Source: Selaginella moellendorffii (lineage: Eukaryota; Plantae; Lycopodiophyta). Taken from it: DNA of 64,000 nucleotides. Where the stretch lies: the NCBI RefSeq assembly GCF_000143415.4, contig NW_003314285.1:461370-525369 (forward strand), read 5' to 3'. Within the stretch, counting starts at the first letter, position 1. The number at the start of each line of letters is the position of its first letter. The translations under genes were made by a program, and so were the position numbers. Shown here in pieces: positions 1 through 11,415 of the stretch. Below the pieces are notes generated by a model. That model saw nothing but the letters and a program-made list of their open reading frames with translations. It was not told where the DNA came from and did not search any database.

Positions 1-393
1 GTGTGTGTGTGTGTGCATGTGTAGGTGTATCAAATTAAATTTTGAGTTCAACTTATAAGATTTAGAGATAATTATATTTAGAAAACATTCTCCAAAAGCT
101 GTAAAACCAAGTGGCATAAGATGAACAAGAATCTTATAGGTGGGAAATACAAAAGTTCTTATATTCAAGGAATTACATATAGATATTATAAAAATAATAA
201 TATTTAAATTAATTAAAATATATTTTTATGTACATGCTTGCTTACTAACTTAGTTACTTTAATATTTATTTTGAAAAATTACATAAATTTAATCGCTATA
301 CAATAATTGAACATTCTATTTATATATTTTCTAACTTTTTAAATAAAATAATTATAATAAGTTGTTTATTTTATTTATTATACTCAAGATGAA

Positions 394-1235
394 TCAACAA
401 AATGTATTTGAAGCCCAAATAGGATCTATCAATAGATGAGTACTAAAATGTTTTTGATAACTTGAATATAAAACTAGATTACAATCATCTTGCATAATAA
501 AATGTGTATTTAGAAAACAATGAAGACATTTGCAATTAGTACCAGATGCCCAAATTCCATGTTGTTTACCAAAATATAAAACTAAGTTTCCATCCTCTTG
601 TAATCTTAAAACACAATTAAATTCGTTATTTGATGGTTTTATTGACCATAATATCTTATTGTTAGTATATAGTATCAATTCACAAAATATATTTAAATAC
701 AAGTGTGCTTTTTGATTTACAGAAATTAAGAAGTGTGTTTCTAATAAATATTGATGTGGCATATTAAGATATCCAGATATTATTATAGTTGTATACACAT
801 TACATCTTCTATTTCTCAAGTGCAAATTGGTTTTTACATGTTGTATATGAGGACGATAGTTTCTAATCATATATTGAAAAGCATAATTTTCAGCAACCAC
901 AGTGATATATGAAACACCAAACTCTATCATATCATCATAATATTATTCTAAAAGCAAACTTAATTCACCTCTTATAACTGATCCTTGATCTGTACCATCT
1001 TTTGCAAAAGAATTCTCAATTGTGCTATAAATCCAAATACTAATTGCATAATTATTTTTGTTCCATCATTATTTGTTAATTCTACCTCACCATCTTGCCT
1101 TTGACATCTTGGAAGTATGGCATTAGGAATAGATGCAATCATAGCACTAATACTATTAATAATTAAATGAACTGATTCTGAAGATAATGCATCGAAATCC
1201 CCTGCATCAATTTGAGAAGGACATACTTTTGAGAC
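394..1235 (-). pseudogene. AT-rich decayed gene with C-terminal bulb-type (GNA/B) mannose-binding lectin domain
   Basis: ORF 394-930 has two QxDxNxVxY motifs (LQEDGNLVLY, MQDDCNLVLY) plus IWASGT and IWASNT. Coding-like sequence continues upstream through an in-frame TAA at 943-945 and a frameshift near 1030-1060, up to a splice-acceptor-like site near 1236. Confidence 0.7.
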
Positions 1236-1530
1236 TAAAATAAATAAAAAAATATATATAACACTTCATATGACGTTTTTATTTATTTATGGTTATTCAA
1301 TTTATTATATCATTAAATAAATTTTATTACATTTAATAAAATTAAACTATATTAATATATTATTAATAAAAGTTTAAAAAATATAATTATAAAATAAAGC
1401 TACTTAACAAAAAATTAACTTTGGCATTGTTTTGATTTTCTTATATTGAAAACTTTAATATATTTAAAGTAATATTATAATGTTTTATATAATCCAAAAT
1501 TGATTTATCTTGCTGATAAAAAAGGGCTAT

Positions 1531-1705
1531 TGTGAGGGCCAAGTGTACGGCTACGATGCCGTATACTAATATTAGCATAGTGGGATTTTGGTAGCCGTCG
1601 GATTAATTTCAATTCGGACCACTCGCTCCTGTATATAAACTAGGGTTTTTGGGCTAATTGATATGCACATTTCTGTATTCCCTTTCCATATTCCAAGCAC
1701 TCATA
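1531..1705 (+). repeat. 5' LTR
   Basis: Runs TGTGAG...CTCATA (terminal CA mutated to TA). By eye it differs from the 3' LTR at 7 sites, all transitions. Confidence 0.95.
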
Positions 1706-1706
1706 T

Positions 1707-1722
1707 TAGTGGAGGTGAGGGG
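1707..1722 (+). promoter_or_regulatory. Primer-binding site, probably tRNA-Ala
   Basis: TAGTGGAGGTGAGGGG directly follows the 5' LTR and resembles TGGTGGAG(A/G)TGCGGGG, the complement of a plant tRNA-Ala 3' end. Confidence 0.6.
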
Positions 1723-1916
1723 CACCTTTGATTGTCCCTAAAGAGTGTTTGGATTTGGGATTTTAGTTTAGATCTAGCTTTTTCCATTTCCTTCTTTTTG
1801 TTCTTTTCTTTCAGGATTTTGGTTTAGATCTAGCTTTTTGCATTGTCTAGATCTACCATTTCCTTCTAGCTTTTTTTCATTTCTCTTCTTTTGCTCTTTC
1901 TTTTTCATTCGTCTCC

Positions 1917-2849
1917 ATGGCAGATTAGCAATCTCCTCCTTTGACTCTCGAGCAGCAGTTGGTCCAATTGCTTGATGCTATGCGCTTGCAATTGAACAGC
2001 CCAACTCAATTGATGGCGGCATTCACAGCACGTGGTCCAACTCTTCCTGCTCTTGGTGCCAATCCTCGCGTTCGGCCAGAGTTCTTTCGTGGGAATCCCG
2101 GGGATGATGTGTACCATTGGTTCAATCACTTCACTGTGATTGCCACATATCATTCTTGGGATGATGCTCGACATTTACGTGAGTTTCCCACGTGTTTCCA
2201 AGGGACGGCATTGCAGTGGTACAATGGATTAAGTGTGGCCACTCGTGAGGATTGGAGTGTTCTTCCAAACGTCTTCAAACGCGCCTTCGGACATGCCGAC
2301 GATTGTGATGATGCCTTCCAACAATTGCATCATCTTCGCCAAGGGCCATCTGAGTTGGTGATGCAATTTGGCGTTCATTTCCGAAGTCTTTTGCTTCGTG
2401 CGGAGCCCAATATGTCGGAGCGGATCAAGCTAGGAATGTTGTGGCCAGCACTTCGTCAAGATCTTGTCGGCCTTGTGCATGCACTTGCTCCTACCACTCT
2501 TGACGATGCTCTTCGCTTGGCACAACGTTATGAGACGTCGCCTCTTCCACTTCTCGCTGCACGTCCTTCCACTCCACTTTCTATGAGTGATGGTCCTGTT
2601 CCCATGGAGGTTGATGCTGCTGCTACTCGAGTCCAAGGACAAGGACGAGGACGTGGTCGTGGCCATGATGTTCGTTGCTGGGCATGTGATGAAATTGGTC
2701 ATACTTATCGGCATTGTCGGCGCTTTCCGGATTGGCGACCTCCATTTCCTAGGTGGAGACCTTGGCGTCAACAACGTCCCGTTGGTGCTGCTGCAGTGGA
2801 AGGTTTGGACACCGAGATGAATCCGGGAAACGAGGAGTCGCGCAAGTAA
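1917..2849 (+). pseudogene. gag: Retrotransposon gag
   Basis: ATG at 1917 is followed by a premature TAG at codon 4. Retrotrans_gag-like core (GTALQWYNGL, LRQG...F), PMEVD motif and CX2CX4HX4C knuckle (CWACDEIGHTYRHC). Confidence 0.9.
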
Positions 2850-2888
2850 TGGAGGGACCTTGCGCGAATAAGTCAGTGACCCCTCCAT
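2825..2888 (+). promoter_or_regulatory. -1 programmed ribosomal frameshift signal (slippery heptamer + H-type pseudoknot)
   Basis: G GGA AAC at 2825-2831 in the gag frame, 6-nt spacer, stem 1 TCGCGCAAG/CTTGCGCGA (2838-2846/2859-2867), stem 2 ATGGAGGG/CCCTCCAT (2849-2856/2881-2888). pol is in the -1 frame. Confidence 0.85.
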
Positions 2889-5800
2889 CTTTCTTTCGGG
2901 AGTATCATCAAGGGGTTCACTAGACACCAATTCATCCAGTGTTTACTTTCCAAGCTCATCTTTATAACAAGAGGTCTCCTATTATTCTCTCCGTGTTGGT
3001 TGATACAGGTTCGAGTTTATCTTCTATTGCTCGACCTGTTGCCACACGTTGTCGTCTACACTTGCATCGTGCGGCGGAACCAGTTTTCATTCTTTATGGC
3101 AATGGCTGTACACATGCATGTGCATGGGATGAGGCAGACCTGGTTGTGCGTGTGGGCGATCTCGAGCTTGTGTTGCAGTCATTGCGGGTGGTGCCGAGTC
3201 AAGCTTTTGACCTCATTCTTGGTATGGATTGGGTGCAGCGCAATCATGCCAAGTGTGACTTTGAGGCTTCTCCCCCTTGTCTCATACTTCCTTATGTTTC
3301 CTTCATTCCTCTCACATCCGTACCTCTTCGTCCCTCTACTTCTACCTCTGCTTCCATTACTTTTGTTACCCCACTATTTCCTCCTATGTTTCCATCTTGT
3401 TCTGCTCTTCCCTTTTCCAATCCCTCCGACGATCTTTGTGTTGCAGCAGTTGACCGGCTCATGAAGGAGTATTCTGATCTCTTTGACTTTGACCTATCGT
3501 CTGGAGCCAAGATTGCTACACGTCATCCGATTCCAACTGGGGATGCTCGTCCAATCAAGGTTCCTGTTCGTCGTCGGTCACCAAAGGAGATCAAGATTTT
3601 ACATGCAAATGTCCAGGAGATGTTGGAGAAGGGTGTTATTCGGAAGTCGCGAAGTCCTTGGGCATGTGAACCTCATCTTGTGACGAAGCCTGATGGGAGT
3701 ATTCGTTTCTGCATCGACTATCGTCCGTTAAACGACGTAACGATCCCGGATGTGTACCCTCTTCCTCACACTGCTAATCTCTTGGATCGTCTGGGCCGAA
3801 GTCATTGGTTCACCAAGCTAGATCTTGCTTCTGGGTATTGGCAAGTACCGATGGCCAAAGAAAATATTCCTAAAACTGCTTTTCGTACACCATTTGGTTT
3901 GTATGAGTTCTTGGTGATGCCATTTGGTTTCAACAATGCTCTAGCAACTTTTCAACGGATGATGGACGAGGTTCTTTGCGATATGCCGGAGGTGACTGCT
4001 GACTTCATTGATGATGTCTTGATCCACTCGGAGGGGACGTGGGAGGAGCATGTTCATGATGTTTGTAAAGTGTTGGATCGGCTACGCAACGTTGGTTTAA
4101 AGCTGAAGCGGTCGAAGTGTGTGTTTGGATCCAAGGACACAACTTATCTTGGGTACCGTATTTCTCGTGAGGGTTTGCAAGTTGATCTTGACAAACTTGT
4201 GGCTGTTCTAAAGTTCCCTACTCCGAAGTGTGTGAATGATGTGCAGCGCTTCTTGGGCAAGGTGTAGTATCTCGGGCGTTTTGTGGATCATCTTTCTGAT
4301 CGCACTGCACCATTGCAAGCGTTGCTGAAGTCATCAACATCATCTTTCATCTGGTCTCCAAATTGTGAGCGGGCGTTTGGGGATCTCAAAAAGTTATTGA
4401 CAACTCCTCCAATTTTGGCATATCCTGACTACTCTCGACCTTTTATTTTATGCGTGGATGCTTCTGACATTGGTCTTGGAGGTGTGTTAATGCAAGAGAG
4501 CTCAAGTGTGCCTGGTCAGTGCCATCCCATTGCATATATAAGCCGTACATTACAACCAGCGGAGATGAACTACTCCACAATAGAGAAGGAGTGTTTAGCA
4601 GCAGTTTGGGGTTTCGAGAAACTTCATATATATCTACATGGTTCTCGGACGTACTTGAAGGTGACCATGCTACTGTTACTTCGTTATTAAAGCGAAAGAA
4701 CCTAATTAGTCGTACTGCTCAATGGGCTTTGAAGCTTCAGATATATGATTTTGATGTTGTTCACTACCCAGGGAGTTCTATGGCTGATGCTGATGCCCTT
4801 TCTCGAGCTCCTCTTCCTTCTTCATTCTCTTCCCATGTTTCTAACGAGCCAGTCGTTCCAGCATCTGTGGATTTTCTAGACGAGGATTCTGTGCCATCGG
4901 TGGTTGCTATACTTGACGTTCAGTGTCCACAAGGTACAGAGCAAGATCTACCTTCGCTTGATGAGGTTCGCGAGGCTCAAAAGATTGAGCCATGGATTCG
5001 AAGGCTTCAAGATGGGTTTGAGAATCCTGCATCACTTACTGATGACTTGCCTTTCCGGCATTTACATTCTCAATATCGTCTTGAAGGTGGCCTTCTTTAT
5101 TTTGTGGGGACAGATCCTGATGATCATTTACGGCTGGTGGTGCCTTCTATCTTTATTCCGCGGTTTCTCCATGCCTACCATGATTCTCCTGTTCTAGGTG
5201 GGCATATGGGACATCGTCGTGTAATCGAGAAGCTACGCAGGTCTTTCTATTGGCCAGAAATGCGACGTGATATTATCCGGTATGTGCGTAGCTGCATTTG
5301 GTGCCAAGCTCGTAATACTCCCCCTCAGACTGCAAAAGGACGGTTGGAGTCAATTGCAGTTTCCCGTCCGTTTGAATTGGTGGCGTTTGATCTTATGGGA
5401 CCTTTTCCACGATCAACTGCTGGCAATGAGTATGTTATTATTGCTTCTGATTATTTGACTCGTTGGGTGGAAGTTGGTGCTCTTGCTAGTGCCTCTGCAA
5501 CTGCTGTTGGATAGTTCCTCCTCAATCGAGTGGTGTTCCAGCATTCTTGTCCAGAGCGGATTCTTTCGGATAATGGTCCCGCTTTTATGGCTGAGGTGTT
5601 TCATGTTTTGACGTCTCAGTTGGGGATTTGCCACACTTTCACGAGTGCTTATCATCCACAATCAGACGGTCTAGTGGAACGGCTCGTTCGGACGTTCAAG
5701 GGGATGATTGCGAAGTATGTGAACTTTCAGCATTTGGATTGGGATGGTTATTTGCCGTATCTTCGGTATGCATATGTCATTGGGGTGCAGAGTTCTGTTG

Positions 5801-6312
5801 GTGCTTCACCATATAAACTCCTATATGGTCATGATTCAATATTACCAACGGAGCTGGGTTTACCTTCGCAATTGCCACGAGCTGCGGATGCTAGGTCATG
5901 GGATCNNNNNNNNNNNNNNNNNNNNNNNNNNNNNNNNNNNNNNNNNNNNNNNNNNNNNNNNNNNNNNNNNNNNNNNNNNNNNNNNNNNNNNNNNNNNNNN
6001 NNNNNNNNNNNNNNNGAGTACAAAGTGGATGATTTGGTGTTAGTCTGTTTTCCCCATCTTAGGGTACGTGGTTTATCTAAGGGGCTCCTTGCACAGTGGA
6101 AAGGACCGTATCGGGTGTTGCGGCAAGTTGGACCACAAGTTTATGAGGTTCGGCATGACGTCCAGCAGGCCGATCCTCCAGAGATTGTGCATGTGCAGTG
6201 GTTGAAACGCTTCATACAAAGGGATCAGGAGCAGTTAATACCATCTACAGATCCGCCGATGCCTCCTCCTGATGTTCCTCCAGATCCCGGCCCGTCTACA
6301 AGAGAACCCTGA
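2831..6312 (+). pseudogene. pol: Retrotransposon pol (protease, RT, RNase H, integrase), disrupted
   Basis: LVDTGSS protease; KLDLASGYWQ, VMPFG and FIDD RT; DASDIG and EKECLA RNase H; GGHMG...CIWC, FDLMGP, SDNG, VER and WKGPY integrase. Stops near 2921, 4265 and 5512, a frameshift near 4650, and an N-gap at 5906-6014. Confidence 0.95.
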
Positions 6313-6329
6313 TGGTCTTCCATTATCCT

Positions 6330-6344
6330 GAGAGGGGGGGATGA
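6330..6344 (+). promoter_or_regulatory. Polypurine tract
   Basis: GAGAGGGGGGGATGA lies immediately before the 3' LTR. Confidence 0.85.
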
Positions 6345-6519
6345 TGTGAGGGCCAAATGTACGGCTACGATGCCGTATACTAATATTAGCGTAGTGGGAT
6401 TTTGGTAGCCGTCGGATTAGTTTCAATCCAGACCACTCGCTCCTGTATATAAGCTAGGGTTTTTGGGCTAATTGATATGCACATTTCTGTATTCCCTTTC
6501 CATATTCCAAGCACTCACA
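6345..6519 (+). repeat. 3' LTR
   Basis: TGTGAG...CTCACA with perfect 6-bp inverted termini, followed by the TSD CTAT. Confidence 0.95.
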
Positions 6520-7454
6520 CTATGAATAAATTTGAAAACTTATTTTGCAATTAATAAATATATCCAGAAGGGTTAGAAATACATAGCCAATTGTGTTTTT
6601 TCATTTTCTCATGAAGGATTGCCCATAGAAGCTCTTTGAGGGAAGAAGTTACACCTTCTACAAAAACCTCCAGAGTGCTCCCCACCTCGGTGTCCCACCC
6701 TCCTGCCACTACACAATCCCGACACCCCCATGCTCACTAGTGTGCCACTACTCTTTTTGAACTTTTTGCCCAAATCTAACAATATGACCAAAATTCTCAG
6801 TCCATGAGACATGAGAGTTTGAACATTTTTTCTATTTGCTTCCACTAGTATGGCATTTATACAAGATTCCATACAGAAATGACTTTGGGGTCTCAGGTAA
6901 CCTGACTTTATTGTTATCAAGTACATACCTTTGTCTCACCCATGTCTCAGGAGAATGCCAAAACCTCTATTATATCAAAGATATTTGAAGTGCAAAATGA
7001 AAGATATATCCCAAATGGAGTTTAAGTTGTTTTCAAACAAATTCATTCATGCTTTTGATTTCTCTTGCAACCAATCATCTTTGAGCTTTGTAAACTCTGT
7101 AATGATGAAATCCTTGAATAGAAGCTAGTCACTGGCAAACAAAAAAGGTGAGGAAATTTGGCTTTCACACATATTGGACTTACCCACCCCTTGTCCCCCA
7201 TCTTGGTCCTTGCAAGGGTCAGCAAGTGTGGTTCGTGCATGTACCAAAATTGCCTTGCCTCCTTTTGCCTGATGGGGTGGCCATTGTTTTGGTGATGTGC
7301 CTTCTGCAGAGTTGGACAAGCAAAAGCACATAACAAAAGAAAACAAACAAGAAAAACAGCTATCTCAACAATTACCTTTGGCACCATTGTCAAGATCTCA
7401 GCACTCTCTACATCCCTTGGTGCTCTCTCTTTTTTCTCTCAATGACAGTCTCTC

Positions 7455-8990
7455 CTGTTATTTCCAGGCTATGAAACTAGACAGACAGCTACCAAGCTAA
7501 ACACGTCATGTGCTCCAGAGCTTCTCCCATGTCCAGCAAGAAGATGTTTATGCCCACCAGACCCCATGCATGTGGTGCTTTTGGGCACTTGTGAGTAGCA
7601 GATACCGCGTCGTGGCATTTGTATGGCATGTGCACAGGGATGTGTCTGGTGTATGTGAGGCTCTTGAACATGCGGTACACATCTAGTGCGCCCAGACATA
7701 CATCAAACTCCTCCTCCTTCGGGTTCTTGATCCTTGAAGGATCGCTTGATCTTCTAGAGGGAAAGGTCCAAGCAAGGAAGTAAGCCACCCTGCTCCTCAA
7801 TAGTGNNNNNNNNNNNNNNNNNNNNNNNNNNNNNNNNNNNNNNNNNNNNNNNNNNNNNNNNNNNNNNNNNNNNNNNNNNNNNNNNNNNNNNNNNNNNNNN
7901 NNNNNNNNNNNNNNNNNNNNNNNNNNNNNNNNNNNNNNNNNNNNNNNNNNNNNNNNNNNNNNNNNNNNNNNNNNNNNNNNNNNNNNNNNNNNNNNNNNNN
8001 NNNNNNNNNNNNNNNNNNNNNNNNNNNNNNNNNNNNNNNNNNNNNNNNNNNNNNNNNNNNNNNNNNNNNNNNNNNNNNNNNNNNNNNNNNNNNNNNNNNG
8101 CCCCCAGAAAGCATAAGTTTTACAAACAGTGCCCAGCAAATACCGCAACCAGGTACCTGCCACCTTTCTGTTCCACGAGAATGACAGGGGGGCCTGTTAT
8201 TTCCAGCTCAGGAAACGAGACAGCTACTGAGCTAAATATATCATGTGCTCCAGAGCTTCTCCTATTTCAGGCAAAAAGACCACTAGACCCCACCCCATAC
8301 ATGTGGTGCTTTGGGGCATTTGTGAGTAGCAGATGCCGAGTGTTGGCATTTGCATGGCATGTGCACATGGATGTGTCCGGTGTATGCGAGGCTCTTATTC
8401 GTTGCCGTCGAACAATACGCATCTGACACGACCCAGACACACATCAAACTCTGCCTCCTTTGGGTGCTTGATCCTTGAGGGATTGCTTGATCTCCCAGAG
8501 TGCAAGGTCCAAGCAAGGAAGTACGCCATGACTGATGTATTTCTCGGTGTTGTTGGATCTTAAAAATGGCTGTGCTTTTGAGTTCCTGGCAAGGAATTGT
8601 ATTCTCTTACGAATGAATCTTTGGTGTTTTTTCACAATCCATCTATCCAAACACAATGTTGTTATTGCATTTGCATATTCCTTTCAAAAGTACAAAGAAT
8701 GTGAAGCCATTTCAAGGCATCACACAACAATGTATGGGCGACAATGCGTTCAGAAAAATTCATAGCTAAGTTGGTCACACAATGTTACCAGGAGTTCTTT
8801 ATAGCTGCCTCGCTCCGCAATTCTTACTGCCTTTCAAAGCGCAAACCCCAGCACTGTTTGTCTCTCGCCCCAGCATTTGCCCCATGGGGGCATAAGTCTT
8901 ACAAATATTTAGCAAATGCCGCACCGGGTGCCTACCACCTTTCTGTTGTGTGGGAATGACAAAGGGGCCCTTGTATTTCCAGCCCAGGAA
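7455..8990. repeat. Diverged tandem duplication, unit about 740-780 bp
   Basis: 7455-7790 aligns with 8194-8530, and 8100-8215 aligns with 8880-8990. An N-gap at 7806-8099 falls inside the first unit. Confidence 0.75.
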
Positions 8991-9784
8991 AAAATAACTG
9001 ATAAAAATTACCCGAGTTAATTTTATATTTTAAGCAAAAACATCTCTAGTAGATTTGCATCCATGGCCTGAGGACCTAGAGGCGCAAAGTCTGAAGGGTT
9101 GATCAATGAGAGTGCTCTGCGTTGTTGTGAAGATGACCGTTGAGATCTATTTTCAAATATTCTGGACTGCTTTATTTTTTCGATGAAATGTAGTATGTTC
9201 TTGGGAGGATCTTGGCGGTGATGGCGTTCAAACCGGTCCTATAGGCTCAGGGCACAGGCCAGGTATGTCTCTCCACAGCCTTGATGGCAGGCACAGCTTG
9301 GATGGAATTTAGACTTCCGGAGAGATTCCAAAATCATAGAGACGTGCTAAAGCTACTAAGGTAACACGGAAGCTACTACAAGGAAGAAGAGATGGAATTC
9401 TCTTTGTAACAGGTTGTTGGATCGTCACCTTCTACCTTCTAACTGTCGCCCAAGTCCGAGGGAGACCATAAAAAGCCATGCACACCTTTCCCAGAGTCAC
9501 TATAAAATTGACGCACATCCTTCCTTCTCTTCTCGACTGCCAGGCAATTAAATCAACTTTATTTTTGGGTAAACTTTGAATATACAAACACTTTTGGTCC
9601 CTGTTCCAACCAGATTAACGCTCCAATCTCACAGCCACCTATCCGATTGAGATGAGGCAGAGATTAATGTTGTGATTGGAAGGCAAGCAAGGGATGTGTT
9701 GTGACACGAGAGGTAAAAAAGAAAGATAGGTTCCAGAGTTTTCTTCGCAACTCTAGATCATAAGTATGTTTTACATAAGAACCT

Positions 9785-10780
9785 TTATTTGCCATGGTCT
9801 GCAAACCAGTCAAAAGTCCTTTCCAGTGGCACACTAGTCATCTCGTGGTACGCATAAGCTGCATTGAGCTCCTCCTGAATGTGATGCTCCCACTTCTTCA
9901 GGCTCACAGGAAAAGCATTCCTTCGGTCGAGAACAGCCCGGCAAACCAACCTCCGTCCATCGCTCCTCATGAAATCGTTCTCGTCTAGGATCCCCGCCTC
10001 TTTGAGCGCCTGATAGATCTTTCGTGAAGCTTCATCACCAACCCCGGGAATCCTGTCGCTCAAGAGCTGAGGCGTCACTGGCAATGCCAAACACTGGATC
10101 TCTTCAGTCCCCACCCCCTTCTCCTTCAGCAACTTCATGGACCGGGCCACTCCAATCGCTCGCCGCTCGTCCCTGGGCATGTGAGCGAAGAGCGTCGCCG
10201 GATAGTCGCGATCGAAATCCATCACCTCGAAGTGTCCCTCGGAGATCATCAAAACCGTGGCGTTGAATCGCAGCCGGAGCGCGAGAGTGGAGACGAAGTA
10301 GCCACCGGAGGAGGCACCCAATGCGAAGATTGGGAGGCCATCGAGGCGGTTCTCGCGGATCCAGCCCTGGAGAATCGACACCACTTTCCCCGTGTCGGCC
10401 TGGCGATCCCAGCAGGTATTCGTGCTGGAGATAGCGATCACGGCATACCTGGACTCCAGCGCCTTGAGAACGTAGAGGCGATCCTCTGGAAGACCGATGC
10501 AGTGAGGGCAATTAGGGCTCTTGTCCCAGAAGAACGTGGCCCTGCAGTGGCAGCCGTGAGCCAGGAAGAGGATCGCGCGAGCCGGTCGCGGCGGCATCTG
10601 CCAGAGGAACTCGCTGCCATGCTTGCTCCCGAGGATTGGAAGAAGCTCCACACTCCTGCTGCTGTGGCCGCGGCTGCGAGAGGGAAAGATCGAGGAGAGA
10701 AAGATTAGGAGGAGGAGGGCGCCAAAGACACAAAGCACGAGCTGCCGCCATCGAAGGAAGAGCAACGCGCTCGCCCGCAT
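9785..10780 (-). CDS. Membrane-anchored alpha/beta-hydrolase-fold protein (single exon)
   Basis: 331-aa ORF with an N-terminal TM helix, FLAHG oxyanion motif, GASSGG nucleophile elbow and C-terminal His (AYHEM). Confidence 0.85.
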   Translation of the reverse strand: MRASALLFLRWRQLVLCVFGALLLLIFLSSIFPSRSRGHSSRSVELLPILGSKHGSEFLWQMPPRPARAILFLAHGCHCRATFFWDKSPNCPHCIGLPEDRLYVLKALESRYAVIAISSTNTCWDRQADTGKVVSILQGWIRENRLDGLPIFALGASSGGYFVSTLALRLRFNATVLMISEGHFEVMDFDRDYPATLFAHMPRDERRAIGVARSMKLLKEKGVGTEEIQCLALPVTPQLLSDRIPGVGDEASRKIYQALKEAGILDENDFMRSDGRRLVCRAVLDRRNAFPVSLKKWEHHIQEELNAAYAYHEMTSVPLERTFDWFADHGK

Positions 10781-11037
10781 GAAAGCCCTACATTTTGAAA
10801 ATTTAGGGCAGATCTACAAAGGGAGAATTTTCGGAGAATTTGAGATCAAATCTCTTGTTTTCCACGGCCATCAAATCTTTTAAGCTGGTGAGATTGGCAA
10901 AGTTTTCCTCTGTTTTCAGCTAATCAGTCAGTGATGATGAGCAATATGCTGCAATGGAAATTCTAATTGATTGCAAGGAAATAAGAAAAAACTCCAAACC
11001 ACTGTAGAAATGTTGCAATTCTAATTTTCCTTTTATA

Positions 11038-11415
11038 TCACATGAGAACTGTGAGACCAATTGGCCCCCTGGGAAATTTCACTCGTTGCAACAATATTTC
11101 ACTCTCAATCCTCTCTAAAACTCTGTAAAACACGAGAATGTTACATGGCAAGTGCATTGCCCCATAGTGGGTGTAGCCAAATTCTTCCTCCGATTTTTTA
11201 AGAAGCTCCTGGAAGAGAGGATGGTTGAGATAAGAAATTGGAATCACAAATCTCCTCCCTTCCTCGCCCACATAAACAGCCAACGATCCCTTTGGAACAT
11301 CCGATGGTGGAGAGGATTTCCTTCGCAAGTAGCTTGTGCTGCGATTTCTTGTAAAGCCTGTGTTGGGATCCAAGGAATCATGGTGGCTGTGGCTCCTTCG
11401 TAAGATTGAGACCAT
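11038..11415 (-). CDS. SAUR: Small auxin-up RNA (SAUR) protein
   Basis: DVPKGSLAVYVGEEGRRFVIPISYLNHPLFQELLKKSEEEFGY...LPC; ATG at 11415; intronless. Confidence 0.93.
   Translation of the reverse strand: MVSILRRSHSHHDSLDPNTGFTRNRSTSYLRRKSSPPSDVPKGSLAVYVGEEGRRFVIPISYLNHPLFQELLKKSEEEFGYTHYGAMHLPCNILVFYRVLERIESEILLQRVKFPRGPIGLTVLM

Larger units (their letters stand above)
1531..6519 (+). mobile_element. Full-length decayed Ty3/Gypsy LTR retrotransposon (no chromodomain seen)
   Basis: Two 175-bp LTRs, TSD CTAT (1527-1530 and 6520-6523), PBS, PPT, gag with CCHC knuckle, and pol in PR-RT-RH-INT order. Confidence 0.97.

Noticed and set aside
1-24. (GT)n at the window start
   Set aside because: An ordinary microsatellite, not a telomeric repeat.
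7489-8426. Long ORFs crossing the N-gap
   Set aside because: Their length is an artefact of the Ns (7806-8099).
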